A stretch of DNA of 63,806 nt, filler included. It is 6 parts of 6 records of this genome, joined end to end, with 100 filler letters (N's around TTAATTAATTAA, not from the genome) between each part and the next. Parts side by side here need not be neighbours in the genome. Positions count along the whole stretch, not along the records: positions 1 to 8,542 come from SRR31156797_28357; positions 8,643 to 16,578 come from SRR31156797_28368; 4 more parts are not named here. One strand, written 5' to 3'. The translations under genes were made by a program, and so were the position numbers. Each line of letters starts with the position of its first letter. Position 1 is the stretch's first letter. A model generated the notes under the pieces. The model was not told the DNA's origin, searched no databases, and was given only the letters and a program-made list of their open reading frames with translations. This document shows positions 1 through 8,709 of this stretch, piece by piece.

Positions 1-1
1 G

Positions 2-73
2 GAGGGAAAGATGACCGAATGGTTGACGCGGGAAATTGCAGATGCCGGTAGGGTGCAGGAGGCTGGGGTATGA
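2..73 (+). CDS. 3' end of an upstream CDS (partial, product unknown)
   Basis: Open frame from the window edge (EGKMTEWLTREIADAGRVQEAGV*). Its TGA overlaps the next ATG (ATGA coupling). Confidence 0.45.
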   Translation, partial: EGKMTEWLTREIADAGRVQEAGV

Positions 74-720
74 AAAAGATTCTTTTTATAAATGGAAGCC
101 CCAGGGGGACAGGAAGTACTTCGAGATTATACGCCGAGTCTATCGCCTCCCGGCTTCCCGAGGGATTTGAATTCGAAGTGATCGATACGGGTCGGGGAAC
201 GGGACCGGCGGTGGACTTTGGAGATTACAGGGCTCTGGTTTTCATATTTCCTCTCTACGTGGATGGTCTTCCCGGGGCTTTAACAGGGTGGATGGAGCGA
301 TGCACTTCGGAGGAGCTTCCAGCGGAAAAACCGCAGGTCTGGGCTCTGGTAAACTCGGGCTTTATTGAAGGCAGGCAGAACAGCCACGCCCTTGAGGTTC
401 TCGGAAATTTCTGCCGCCGGACGGGACTCTGCTGGCGCGGAGGAATCGGTATCGGGGCCGGAGCCATGATCCGTATGGTTCAGCATAATCCATCCCGCAG
501 TGGAATGATGCGGGAGGTTCTGGAGACTCTGGATGAATTTGCTGCAGAGCTCTCAGGATCTCAGGACATGAAATCTCCGGCCGAACCGGTCTATCGCTTT
601 GTCCAGTGCCGTATGCCCTGGTGGATGTACAGGGTGGGCGGTCAGATGGGCTGGCGCCACAGCCTCCGGCAAAACGGACTGAAGTCCCGGGAGATAGGGG
701 CCCGGCCCTATGCGCCCTGA
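70..720 (+). CDS. Flavodoxin-fold NAD(P)H-dependent oxidoreductase
   Basis: N-terminal INGSPR...STS FMN-binding loop, FPLYVDGLP and NSGFIEG motifs. Confidence 0.8.
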   Translation: MKKILFINGSPRGTGSTSRLYAESIASRLPEGFEFEVIDTGRGTGPAVDFGDYRALVFIFPLYVDGLPGALTGWMERCTSEELPAEKPQVWALVNSGFIEGRQNSHALEVLGNFCRRTGLCWRGGIGIGAGAMIRMVQHNPSRSGMMREVLETLDEFAAELSGSQDMKSPAEPVYRFVQCRMPWWMYRVGGQMGWRHSLRQNGLKSREIGARPYAP

Positions 721-749
721 AAAGTTTCGAGCATTTGCCCATTATTTTC

Positions 750-778
750 TTGACATTTTTATTCTTCAGATCTATATT
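750..778 (+). promoter_or_regulatory. Sigma70-type promoter of the DUF134-DUF5320 operon
   Basis: TTGACA (750-755), 17-nt spacer, TATATT (773-778). Confidence 0.75.
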
Positions 779-780
779 AT

Positions 781-800
781 TTATGAGCATATGCCAATAA
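781..800. promoter_or_regulatory. Palindromic operator, probable DUF134 autoregulatory site
   Basis: TTATGAGCAT|ATGCCAATAA, 8 of 10 symmetric pairs match; it overlaps the predicted transcription start. Confidence 0.6.
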
Positions 801-815
801 CATGTGGAGGATTTG

Positions 816-1241
816 ATGCCCCGACCAATTAAGCCAAGATGGATTGACGGGAGACCGGATACGGTATTCTTTGTACCGCACCCCTTTCCGGATCCGAGGG
901 TTGAACATGTGGCCTTGAGTCTTGATGAGCTGGAAGCTCTCAGGCTGGCAGATCATGAGGACATGAGTCAGGAGGAAGCTGCTGCGGAGATGAATGTCTC
1001 CCGGGCCACCTTCGGAAGAATAGTCCGGCTGGCGAGGAAAAAAGTTGCAGAAGCCCTGGTCACAGGGAAGGCGATACTGGTCGAAGGCGGAGAAATCAAA
1101 TTTAAGCCCCCGGACTTCCGTCCGGGCGCGGGTTACGGCCCGGGAGCGGGCAGAGGTCCGGGACACGGACCGCACGGCAGAGGCCGGGGCCATGGCAGGC
1201 ACGGCGGCCGCGGAAGAGGCCCGCATTTTGAAGGAGAATAA
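816..1241 (+). CDS. DUF134 (UPF0251) helix-turn-helix protein with Gly/His/Arg-rich tail
   Basis: MPRP start after GGAGG RBS; LSLDELEALRLAD...QEEAAAEMNVSRATF...ARKKVAEALV signature. Confidence 0.88.
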   Translation: MPRPIKPRWIDGRPDTVFFVPHPFPDPRVEHVALSLDELEALRLADHEDMSQEEAAAEMNVSRATFGRIVRLARKKVAEALVTGKAILVEGGEIKFKPPDFRPGAGYGPGAGRGPGHGPHGRGRGHGRHGGRGRGPHFEGE

Positions 1242-1242
1242 T

Positions 1243-1632
1243 ATGGCTAATTTTGACAGAAGAGGTCCCGAAGGATTGGGACCGATGACAGGACGGGGAA
1301 TGGGATTCTGCACCGGCGCCGCAGGCGGTGCCGGGAGAGGTGCTTACGGCCGGGGCGGTGGTTTCGGCAACGGCAGAGGCGGCCGGTTCGGTTATGGTGC
1401 AGCCGGACGGGGAATGGGCAACCGCTATGGCCGTGGTAACGGCTGGGGCCGCGGTTTCTATCCCACCCCGGTGGATTACTACGTAGCAGAAAGGTATGAA
1501 AACCTCTATCCCCGTGAAAATGAAGTGAAGATGCTTCAGGAAGAGGCTGCCTTTATGGAGTCCCGGATCAATGAAATCAATGCGCGGATCGCCGAGCTTG
1601 ATGCCAAAAAAGAGACAGAAGGTGAAAAGTAG
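1243..1632 (+). CDS. DUF5320 family Gly/Arg-rich protein with C-terminal coiled coil
   Basis: DRRGPEGLGPMTGRGMGFC signature; AAGGAG RBS before ATG 1243 (ORF-track start at 1045 is an over-extension). Confidence 0.88.
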   Translation: MANFDRRGPEGLGPMTGRGMGFCTGAAGGAGRGAYGRGGGFGNGRGGRFGYGAAGRGMGNRYGRGNGWGRGFYPTPVDYYVAERYENLYPRENEVKMLQEEAAFMESRINEINARIAELDAKKETEGEK

Positions 1633-1656
1633 GCGGACGGCCTGTTTTTCTATCAG

Positions 1657-1691
1657 GAGAGTGCGGGGACGGCCCTGCACTCTCTTTTTTT
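1657..1691 (+). terminator. Intrinsic terminator
   Basis: GAGAGTGCGGGG-ACGG-CCCTGCACTCTC hairpin followed by a T-run, between convergent genes. Confidence 0.8.
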
Positions 1692-1706
1692 ATGACCTAA
1701 AGGTTT

Positions 1707-2150
1707 TCAGGCCGCCTCTCCGGCCAGAGATTTAGCCAATGCATTCACCATTGGTATGATGAAGACAAACTTCAGAATCACCGCGTAGACGATGATCAGC
1801 AGGGCCAGGGCCAGCCCTTTGCCCAGGAGCATTGGATCGGACAAGTTGGCAAACATGGCGGTGATTCCGATAAGGAATCCCAGGGCACCGGTGTAGTCGA
1901 GATTCCGGGCCAGAGCTTTCTGAATCACCAGGGCTTTCTTCCTGGCCGGCGGATCCCAGCCTTCGGGTTTAAAGGCTATTTTTATCGACTGCAGCAGTTC
2001 ACCGAACCGGGCACAGGTCAGGGTGGCTGTCAGGGGCAGGAAAATGACCATAATCAGGCTCGGCAGATTGAAAAAGACGGGCCAGCCTGCGGACATGGTT
2101 ATGATCGCGGCGATCAGAATAATCATAATAATCGGATATAGTTTGTTCAT
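1707..2150 (-). CDS. Small 4-TM membrane protein, MotA/TolQ/ExbB-like
   Basis: FFNLPSLIMV...GALGFLIGITAMFANLSDP..LGKGLALALL pattern of short MotA-like proteins. Confidence 0.65.
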   Translation of the reverse strand: MNKLYPIIMIILIAAIITMSAGWPVFFNLPSLIMVIFLPLTATLTCARFGELLQSIKIAFKPEGWDPPARKKALVIQKALARNLDYTGALGFLIGITAMFANLSDPMLLGKGLALALLIIVYAVILKFVFIIPMVNALAKSLAGEAA

Positions 2151-2159
2151 TTCTCTCTC

Positions 2160-2573
2160 CTATTTCGTAAGATTCAGATTCACAGAGCTTCCGACTCTTC
2201 GAAAAAAAAGGCCGGCCGAGTCTTTGAGCTCTCCAATATAGACGTCTCCAATCATTTCGCTGGAGTTGAAATCATTCAGGTCAGGCAGTTCGGGGGTGTC
2301 GATTCCCGCCCAGGCAGTTGTGGTCAGATAGAGCAGGCCGGCGATAAAGGCCGCCGCTGCCGTCAGTCTCAACGGCATGGGAGGGGGAGCCGGATTCCAG
2401 GATTTTCGGCTGTTCCCTTTCCGTGTACCGGTTTCTCCGACTGATTGCTCTGCTCTTCGGAGGACCGCGTCCCATTCTCCATCAGGGATCTCAATGCCCT
2501 CGACTTCCGCCTTCAGCCCTTTTGCGATCAGTCTATCGATTTTCCGATAATCCTCTTTTGAAAGATGCTTCAT
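2160..2573 (-). CDS. Putative anti-sigma factor (single TM)
   Basis: Overlaps the ECF sigma stop (ATGA); cytoplasmic N-terminus followed by one hydrophobic helix. Confidence 0.6.
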   Translation of the reverse strand: MKHLSKEDYRKIDRLIAKGLKAEVEGIEIPDGEWDAVLRRAEQSVGETGTRKGNSRKSWNPAPPPMPLRLTAAAAFIAGLLYLTTTAWAGIDTPELPDLNDFNSSEMIGDVYIGELKDSAGLFFRRVGSSVNLNLTK

Positions 2574-3139
2574 ATGGAGTCCTCCCTCTCTTTCAGACTG
2601 ACAGCCAGTTTTTTACGGATTCTATGAAGCCTGTATTTAACCGTTCCCACAGGGACCTCCAGGATACCGGCTATCTGCCTTACTTTTATCTCCTCGTAAT
2701 AGTAGAGGTGGAGGAGGCTTCTCTCCTCCGGCTTCAGAGCCGAAATCAGGCTGCGGAGCAGGGCTGCCTCCTCCTTCCTTTCCGAAAGGAGCTCCGGTCC
2801 CCGGTACTTATCTGCTTCTATCCCAGTCTCCGGCCACTCCATTTCCATAGCCCGTTCCTTGCGGCTCCGGCTCCGGAAGTAGTCGATAGCGGTATTCCGG
2901 GCGATCCGGTAGATGTATGGTTTTAACGGCTGTTCCGGCTTATAGGAGGAAAGGCCCCGGTAGATGCGGATGAAAGTCTCCTGGATGAGTTCACAACGGA
3001 TCTCTGTGTCTCTGCAGTACCCCTTTAGATAGGAGTCCAGGGGCTGGCGGTACCCTTCGTAGATCCGGCTAAAAAGATCCCGCCGCTTGCTTTCGGATTG
3101 ATTCCTCTGCCTATCTGTCTGCCCCGCCGCCTGTTCCAT
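2570..3139 (-). CDS. ECF RNA polymerase sigma factor
   Basis: Region 2 (ELIQETFIRIY...YIYRIARNTAIDYFR) and region 4 (IAGILEVPVGTVKYRLHR). Confidence 0.92.
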   Translation of the reverse strand: MEQAAGQTDRQRNQSESKRRDLFSRIYEGYRQPLDSYLKGYCRDTEIRCELIQETFIRIYRGLSSYKPEQPLKPYIYRIARNTAIDYFRSRSRKERAMEMEWPETGIEADKYRGPELLSERKEEAALLRSLISALKPEERSLLHLYYYEEIKVRQIAGILEVPVGTVKYRLHRIRKKLAVSLKEREDSI

Positions 3140-3160
3140 AGCACTCCCTTCTATAATACT

Positions 3161-3188
3161 AATACGGGATGGAGGGGCTTTGGTTGGC
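3161..3188 (-). promoter_or_regulatory. ECF (SigW-like) autoregulatory promoter
   Basis: Minus strand reads gccAAC-N16-CGTAtt, just upstream of the sigma gene RBS. Confidence 0.55.
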
Positions 3189-3219
3189 TTTTTACAGATA
3201 TTAATGATATTCTGCGCCC

Positions 3220-4110
3220 ATGAATTACATCGGTGAAATCGCGGCCCTTATTACGGCGGCCTGCTGGGCTGTTGCCTCCATGAGTTTTGAGGCTTCGGCG
3301 AAGAAGATCGGCACCCTCTCTTTGAACCTGATCCGGCTTCTTATGACCTTTATGATGCTCTGCCTCTACTCTCTTATCCGCTACGGCAATCCCTTTCCCG
3401 TGGGTGTTTCACCGGAACAGTGGCTCTGGCTCTCCCTTTCAGGATTTGTCGGTTTCTACCTGGGGGATATAACCCTCTTCAAGGCCTTTACCGAAATCGG
3501 GGCCCGGACCTCTATGGCGATCTATTCGACCGTTCCTGTCTTCGCGGCTATCCTGGGATTTCTCTTTCTCGGTGAGACCATGAGTCTCCTCCATCTGGGA
3601 GGTATGGCGATTGCCATCTTCGGTGTTGTTCTTGTTGTCGTTTCCAAGGCGCCCGAGGAGGGGATGCACCCGTCGAAGCATAAGATCGGGATTCTGATGG
3701 CTTTTCTGGGGACTCTGGGACAGGCGGGGGGACTTGTTCTGGGTAAGAAGGGAATGACTGCGGACCCCTTTGTTTCCACCCAGGTGCGGACCATTTTCGC
3801 AATCTTGTTATTCAGTCTAACCTTTACTATTATCCGGGGCTGGGGCCTGGTCGCATCGGGCCTGAAGGACCGCTACGGTATGAAGTTCGCCGGTCTCGGA
3901 GCCTTCACCGGTCCCTTTCTGGGAGTTTCTCTCGCCCTCCTGGCCGTTCAGTACACTACAACGGGGATTGCTTCGACCCTTATCGGCCTGACGCCCATTA
4001 TCCTGATCCCTTTCAGCGTTCTTGTGAAAAAGGAGAAGGTTCATTTTCGGGAGATCCTGGGGATCGTGATCGCCATCGCAGGCTCGTCTGTTCTTTTTAT
4101 TAAGGGATAG
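3220..4110 (+). CDS. DMT/EamA family transporter
   Basis: About 10 TM helices in two EamA repeats. Confidence 0.9.
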   Translation: MNYIGEIAALITAACWAVASMSFEASAKKIGTLSLNLIRLLMTFMMLCLYSLIRYGNPFPVGVSPEQWLWLSLSGFVGFYLGDITLFKAFTEIGARTSMAIYSTVPVFAAILGFLFLGETMSLLHLGGMAIAIFGVVLVVVSKAPEEGMHPSKHKIGILMAFLGTLGQAGGLVLGKKGMTADPFVSTQVRTIFAILLFSLTFTIIRGWGLVASGLKDRYGMKFAGLGAFTGPFLGVSLALLAVQYTTTGIASTLIGLTPIILIPFSVLVKKEKVHFREILGIVIAIAGSSVLFIKG

Positions 4111-4248
4111 CTTCCGTCTCCGGGTCTGGGCCACGAATCCATATGGGGTCTGCGCAGGGCAGTGAATAAGAAGATGGTTTTTCGTGCTGTACATCCCCCT
4201 CTTCCGTGATACACTTCTTTCATATCTTTAAAAAACAAGGAATGATTC

Positions 4249-5463
4249 ATGAAAGCGCATGGCTACGATTTTCTTATCGCCGGGGCAGGACCCGCAGGGC
4301 TTTCCGCCGCCATAACCGCAGGCCGCCTTGGGGCTAAATGCCTCCTTATTGAGAAGGGGCGGGTGCCCGGTCCGGAACCCAGGGGGGAGTCCATTGCCCC
4401 CTATCCTTTTATGGATGAGCTTTTAGGAACGGGCTGGCTCAAAGAGAACAGTCTGAACGATCCCGCCTACCGGCGTTTTCACAGTCCGGGGGATCGAAAG
4501 AATACACTTATTGACGTCCACAAACCCTACTATTTTTTCCCCTGGCGAACCCTTATCGACCATATGACCGCGTTGGCCATGGAGACCGGAGCCGAGATTC
4601 TTCTGGAATCGGAGGTGCTTGAAGTGATCGAAGAGGATTCCCGCTGCACAGGTCTTCGGTATCGTGGTTCAGACGAGTCTATCCATGAGGTTTTCGGCAC
4701 AACGGTTCTGGGTTGCATGGGCCATGGAGATTCTCTGGGGCAGGCTTTCGGGATCGACCGGGGGGAGATCGATTGTCCAACGATGAAGTTCTACAGCGGG
4801 AAAGCCCCGGCGGTCCGGCTGGCCGATCACCCCTACCTTCAGTTCTACATGATTCAGCGGGGCATGGTTTCCTGTGCGCCGGATCTGCCCCCGGTTGCGG
4901 CCTATGTTTTTCCCCTCCGGGACGGAGAGATGGAAGCCGGTCTTATGCTGCGCCTCGGTGCCTTCAGGGGCCTGAAAGGGGTAACGATTCCTGATGAGCA
5001 GAAAATGAGGGAGGTCTGGAGTGAGCTGACCCAAAGCTATCCCGGTTTTTCATCATTCTTTCGGGGAGCTGAAACGACCTACATCAAACCAACGGTCATC
5101 TCCAACAGAACGCTCTTTGAAGATGTAATTCCCCATCGAAAAGGGGGGCTGATCTTCCTGGGAGACACCATCGGGTTCAGTGAAGCCAATGGTTCTTCCG
5201 GTCTTTACTTCGGGATGGCGCAGGCGGCTTTCTGGGTGACAAGCCTCCTTGAAACAGCGGGGCCCGGGGAGAACCCCTGGGGCCGGGAACCGAAAGAGCG
5301 GCTGCTGTCGGCTTACCGGCAGTGGGATGTTTATAAGTACATCCGGAAATCCTATCGCGATATCGTGCTGGCGGAGAATCTTATGTTTAAAATCCTTGGT
5401 ACGGATAGACGGCTCAACAGATGGTGGAAACCGGCGATGGCTCTGCTGCAGATGACGAGTTGA
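4249..5463 (+). CDS. FAD-dependent oxidoreductase, geranylgeranyl-reductase-like
   Basis: GAGPAG Rossmann motif, LLIEK, and FLGD...NGSSG C-terminal FAD motif. Confidence 0.75.
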   Translation: MKAHGYDFLIAGAGPAGLSAAITAGRLGAKCLLIEKGRVPGPEPRGESIAPYPFMDELLGTGWLKENSLNDPAYRRFHSPGDRKNTLIDVHKPYYFFPWRTLIDHMTALAMETGAEILLESEVLEVIEEDSRCTGLRYRGSDESIHEVFGTTVLGCMGHGDSLGQAFGIDRGEIDCPTMKFYSGKAPAVRLADHPYLQFYMIQRGMVSCAPDLPPVAAYVFPLRDGEMEAGLMLRLGAFRGLKGVTIPDEQKMREVWSELTQSYPGFSSFFRGAETTYIKPTVISNRTLFEDVIPHRKGGLIFLGDTIGFSEANGSSGLYFGMAQAAFWVTSLLETAGPGENPWGREPKERLLSAYRQWDVYKYIRKSYRDIVLAENLMFKILGTDRRLNRWWKPAMALLQMTS

Positions 5464-5544
5464 AGGTTATTGCCGGGAAGATTCATTGTCATTGTACACC
5501 TGCAAATAAGACCTCTGTCTATTCATCTTTCAAATAAATAGATT

Positions 5545-7092
5545 TCAATCGAATGACCTTTTGTAGATTATCAGATTAGTTTCCTCTCCTGACTCCTCCG
5601 GCTCCCAGAGCAGGTAATATTTTCCATCATCTGAGAATGCTCCATTATAAAATCCGGTTCCTCCGGGTATGAAGTCTGTCCGAACCTTTAGCTCAAACTC
5701 AGATTTATCAAAAATGTATCCGTACATCCGGCTTTCCCATACCGAGGAGGCATTATAAAAATAAAAATAAAAATATACATTTTCTCCATCGGGAGGCACA
5801 TGGATGGTCAGCAGCGGCGGATTTGAATTATCGGGTAAAGAAAACTCTGTTGGGTCTATTTCAATTGTTTTGAAATGATCAAGCTCTCCTGTTGCAGCAT
5901 TCCTCTCATACAGATGCAGCAAGTTTGTATCATTATCAAAAGCATATACATACCCGCCTTCAACAAAGTGCAATGAGGAATTCACCAGGAATGAATCTGA
6001 TGATGTCCCCGCAAGGGTAAGATTCCCGGTAGAGTGATTTACGGCGTGCCATTGAATATTGGAGTCTTCATTTTGGCTGTATAAGAAATAACCGTCATTA
6101 CTGAAGTTATATACCGATCTCACTCCTGAAATAGTGAAGCCGGGGGAGCCGGAAAGATCCCCGGTGTTATATATCATTCCCTGTGGGGAACCTGTTTGGA
6201 ATAGATAGACAAAGGATTCGAAGGGGTGACAAATAATTCCTCTTGTCGAATATATTGAAACGACATTCGGATTATCTAATGCCGCCTTCATACCCTGAAT
6301 TGATAGGGCGCCTGAGTTTGTGTTACGTGAGAGTATGTGAAAATTATCTGCGCCCTGCCAGTAGATATATTCCTGATTATTTGAAATATCAAACGGAGAT
6401 GTCAGGATTGTATTAATATCAGGATTTGTGATTGAGTTATTATCCTGTGTTGTCAGTGTACCGGTTGAAGGGTTGAAATCAAACCAGTACCAGGACTGAC
6501 CTGACTGGAAGTAAATATTTTTATTCCCCTGTGGCAGAATCGCTTTTGAAATAAGCGGCGCAAGTCCATTTGAGGAAACCGGTATTTTAACCTGCGATAA
6601 TTGCTCCAGGTGGCCGTCTCCTCTGCATAATCCTGCAACCTTACATGAGAACTCTTGATTGTCATTATACCGGAATGTGAAAGTCGATGAGTGTTCTCCA
6701 ATTGTATCAGGAGTAAAGGTGACATTACATTTTACGAACTCATATTTTTCGATTTGAATTGTATTTTCAGATGTGGATTCTGATACAAATGTATATTCGA
6801 AATTAACGTTATCGGTAGATAGAATTTCCGGATTAAGTAAAAGAACCGAATCTCCCCGGTTTTCAATTTTGATAGAAATGGGAAGGCTCTGAAAACTTTC
6901 AATAGTGTTCCCAAAATCAATGGCTGTGCCTGTGTTCTGTATGGAGTTACCCTGAACTTTTACTAATATCTCCGCTTCACCGGCATTTTGGCTTGCCGGG
7001 TTATTGTTGATCAGATCCGTGATTGCTGAGCAGCCGGAAAAGATATAAATTCCAATCACAAGACCCAGTATCTGATATCTGATTCGGTTCAT
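5545..7092 (-). CDS. Lipoprotein with Ig-like (choice-of-anchor D/ASPM-like) domain and beta-propeller
   Basis: Lipobox FSG-C; IDFGNT...IENRG...VTFTP Ig-like domain; repeated blade motifs NPSTGTLT, RNTNSGALS, NHSTGNLT, RNAATGELD. Confidence 0.65.
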   Translation of the reverse strand: MNRIRYQILGLVIGIYIFSGCSAITDLINNNPASQNAGEAEILVKVQGNSIQNTGTAIDFGNTIESFQSLPISIKIENRGDSVLLLNPEILSTDNVNFEYTFVSESTSENTIQIEKYEFVKCNVTFTPDTIGEHSSTFTFRYNDNQEFSCKVAGLCRGDGHLEQLSQVKIPVSSNGLAPLISKAILPQGNKNIYFQSGQSWYWFDFNPSTGTLTTQDNNSITNPDINTILTSPFDISNNQEYIYWQGADNFHILSRNTNSGALSIQGMKAALDNPNVVSIYSTRGIICHPFESFVYLFQTGSPQGMIYNTGDLSGSPGFTISGVRSVYNFSNDGYFLYSQNEDSNIQWHAVNHSTGNLTLAGTSSDSFLVNSSLHFVEGGYVYAFDNDTNLLHLYERNAATGELDHFKTIEIDPTEFSLPDNSNPPLLTIHVPPDGENVYFYFYFYNASSVWESRMYGYIFDKSEFELKVRTDFIPGGTGFYNGAFSDDGKYYLLWEPEESGEETNLIIYKRSFD

Positions 7093-8542
7093 AGATTTTC
7101 CTCTTCTATAAAAGCTCGAAGATCAGTTTCCAGAGCCATTAACTCAGCCAAATATGGGCCTATGTACTCCACGTATACGCCGATAAAAGACTCTGATAAT
7201 AATCGACTCATCTCATTGTTCCGTTCTTCATCGGATAAGCCGTCAAGTTCTTCAACACTATACCAGACCGAACTTGTTCCTTCCTGTACCTGAACCTGAT
7301 AATTTATTGAGACAACATCTGAGTATAAATCCGAAAAACTGGAATCAATATGTCCTATGTGTTCATTAACCATATCCTCCATTTCCGTAGCTGCTAAAGC
7401 TGCACTGTTTTTAATATTATATTCCGAGCTGGTAATGCTTTCTAAATAAAATCCTGCAGAATTTGAATTCGTGGTCGCCAATTCTTCTCCGAGGTATAAG
7501 GTTTGATTAATAATAAATCTGGTCATAATTATTTTATAGAGGTATTCAAGGTTTCCAAAACTGATGGCTACACTCTTTTTGGGATTTGGCAAATCGAAAT
7601 TGTAGGTTGTTATTACACTGCCGGCTCGTTCAATTTGACATCGATATCGTTTTAGGGTTGTATAACTGTCCTCAAAAAGAGAATCCGTATACTGTTCTTG
7701 TGATATTGCATATTCCTGAATGTTTATCGCTGCATCTATAAATTCTCTGCGGATGAAATCCAAATCTGTTTCAATTGCACTGGCATAATTGTATGCCTGC
7801 TCAAAACTTCCTGCGATGATCGAGAAATCAGTATAAAATGCTTCGAGTCTGTTTTTCGGTTCATTGATTCCTTCATCCAGAAGCATGTTGGTCAGCCAGC
7901 TGACGTTGCCTGAAAGTACATTAACTTCTCCTTGTAGTTCTGAAAGATTCTCTATCACCGTATTGATGCTTTGGTGTACACTGGCGAATCCTTCTCTGAC
8001 TTCTGAACGGAGATCGTTGATATCCATTTGGATTTCTAATTGACCGCCTTTTAGATCCTGGAAAACCTGATTTAATTGTGAGCTGATATTATCTTCTATA
8101 TTTGTTATCATTGATTGAGTTTCTGCTGTGGCAGCCTCTTGTTTTTGGAGCATAATGTTTTGTGATTTCATCATATTTTCAATTTGACGAAGTCTTTCAC
8201 CATTCATTTCTATCAAATTGTTTCGTTTGTGATCCTGGTAGATTCCTACCCCGGTATCTACTGCGGATATAACCAGACCGATAAATCTGCTGTTTGTGGT
8301 TTCTTCATCAGAATTAAAATTTTCGATACTTTTAACGATATTATCATCAGCCCAGTAAATATTCTCCATCCGTTCTGTGAATGTACTCTCTCCTGACCAG
8401 TTATTGGGATGGAGTGCATAATCAGCCAATGAGCCTGTGATTACCTCGACTCCAGTTCCGGCCATGGATGCATAAGAAGAAGAGACATCATCGAATAATG
8501 ATGTTCCCTGTTCAATAAGAATGTTAGTGTGGTCTGTATTGA
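7089..8542 (-). CDS. Long coiled-coil helical protein, 5'-truncated
   Basis: Frame stays open from ATG 8465 to the contig edge; long heptad region; stop overlaps the lipoprotein start. Confidence 0.7.
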
Positions 8543-8642
8543 NNNNNNNNNNNNNNNNNNNNNNNNNNNNNNNNNNNNNNNNNNNNTTAATTAATTAANN
8601 NNNNNNNNNNNNNNNNNNNNNNNNNNNNNNNNNNNNNNNNNN
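8543..8642. other. Artificial contig spacer
   Basis: N-run with central TTAATTAATTAA (stops in all six frames). Confidence 0.99.
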
Positions 8643-8709
8643 CCCGATTCAGGTAAGCAGAAGGACGGTCTTGCACACTTTAAAAAAATTCTGAACGCGA
8701 CAATAGTTA

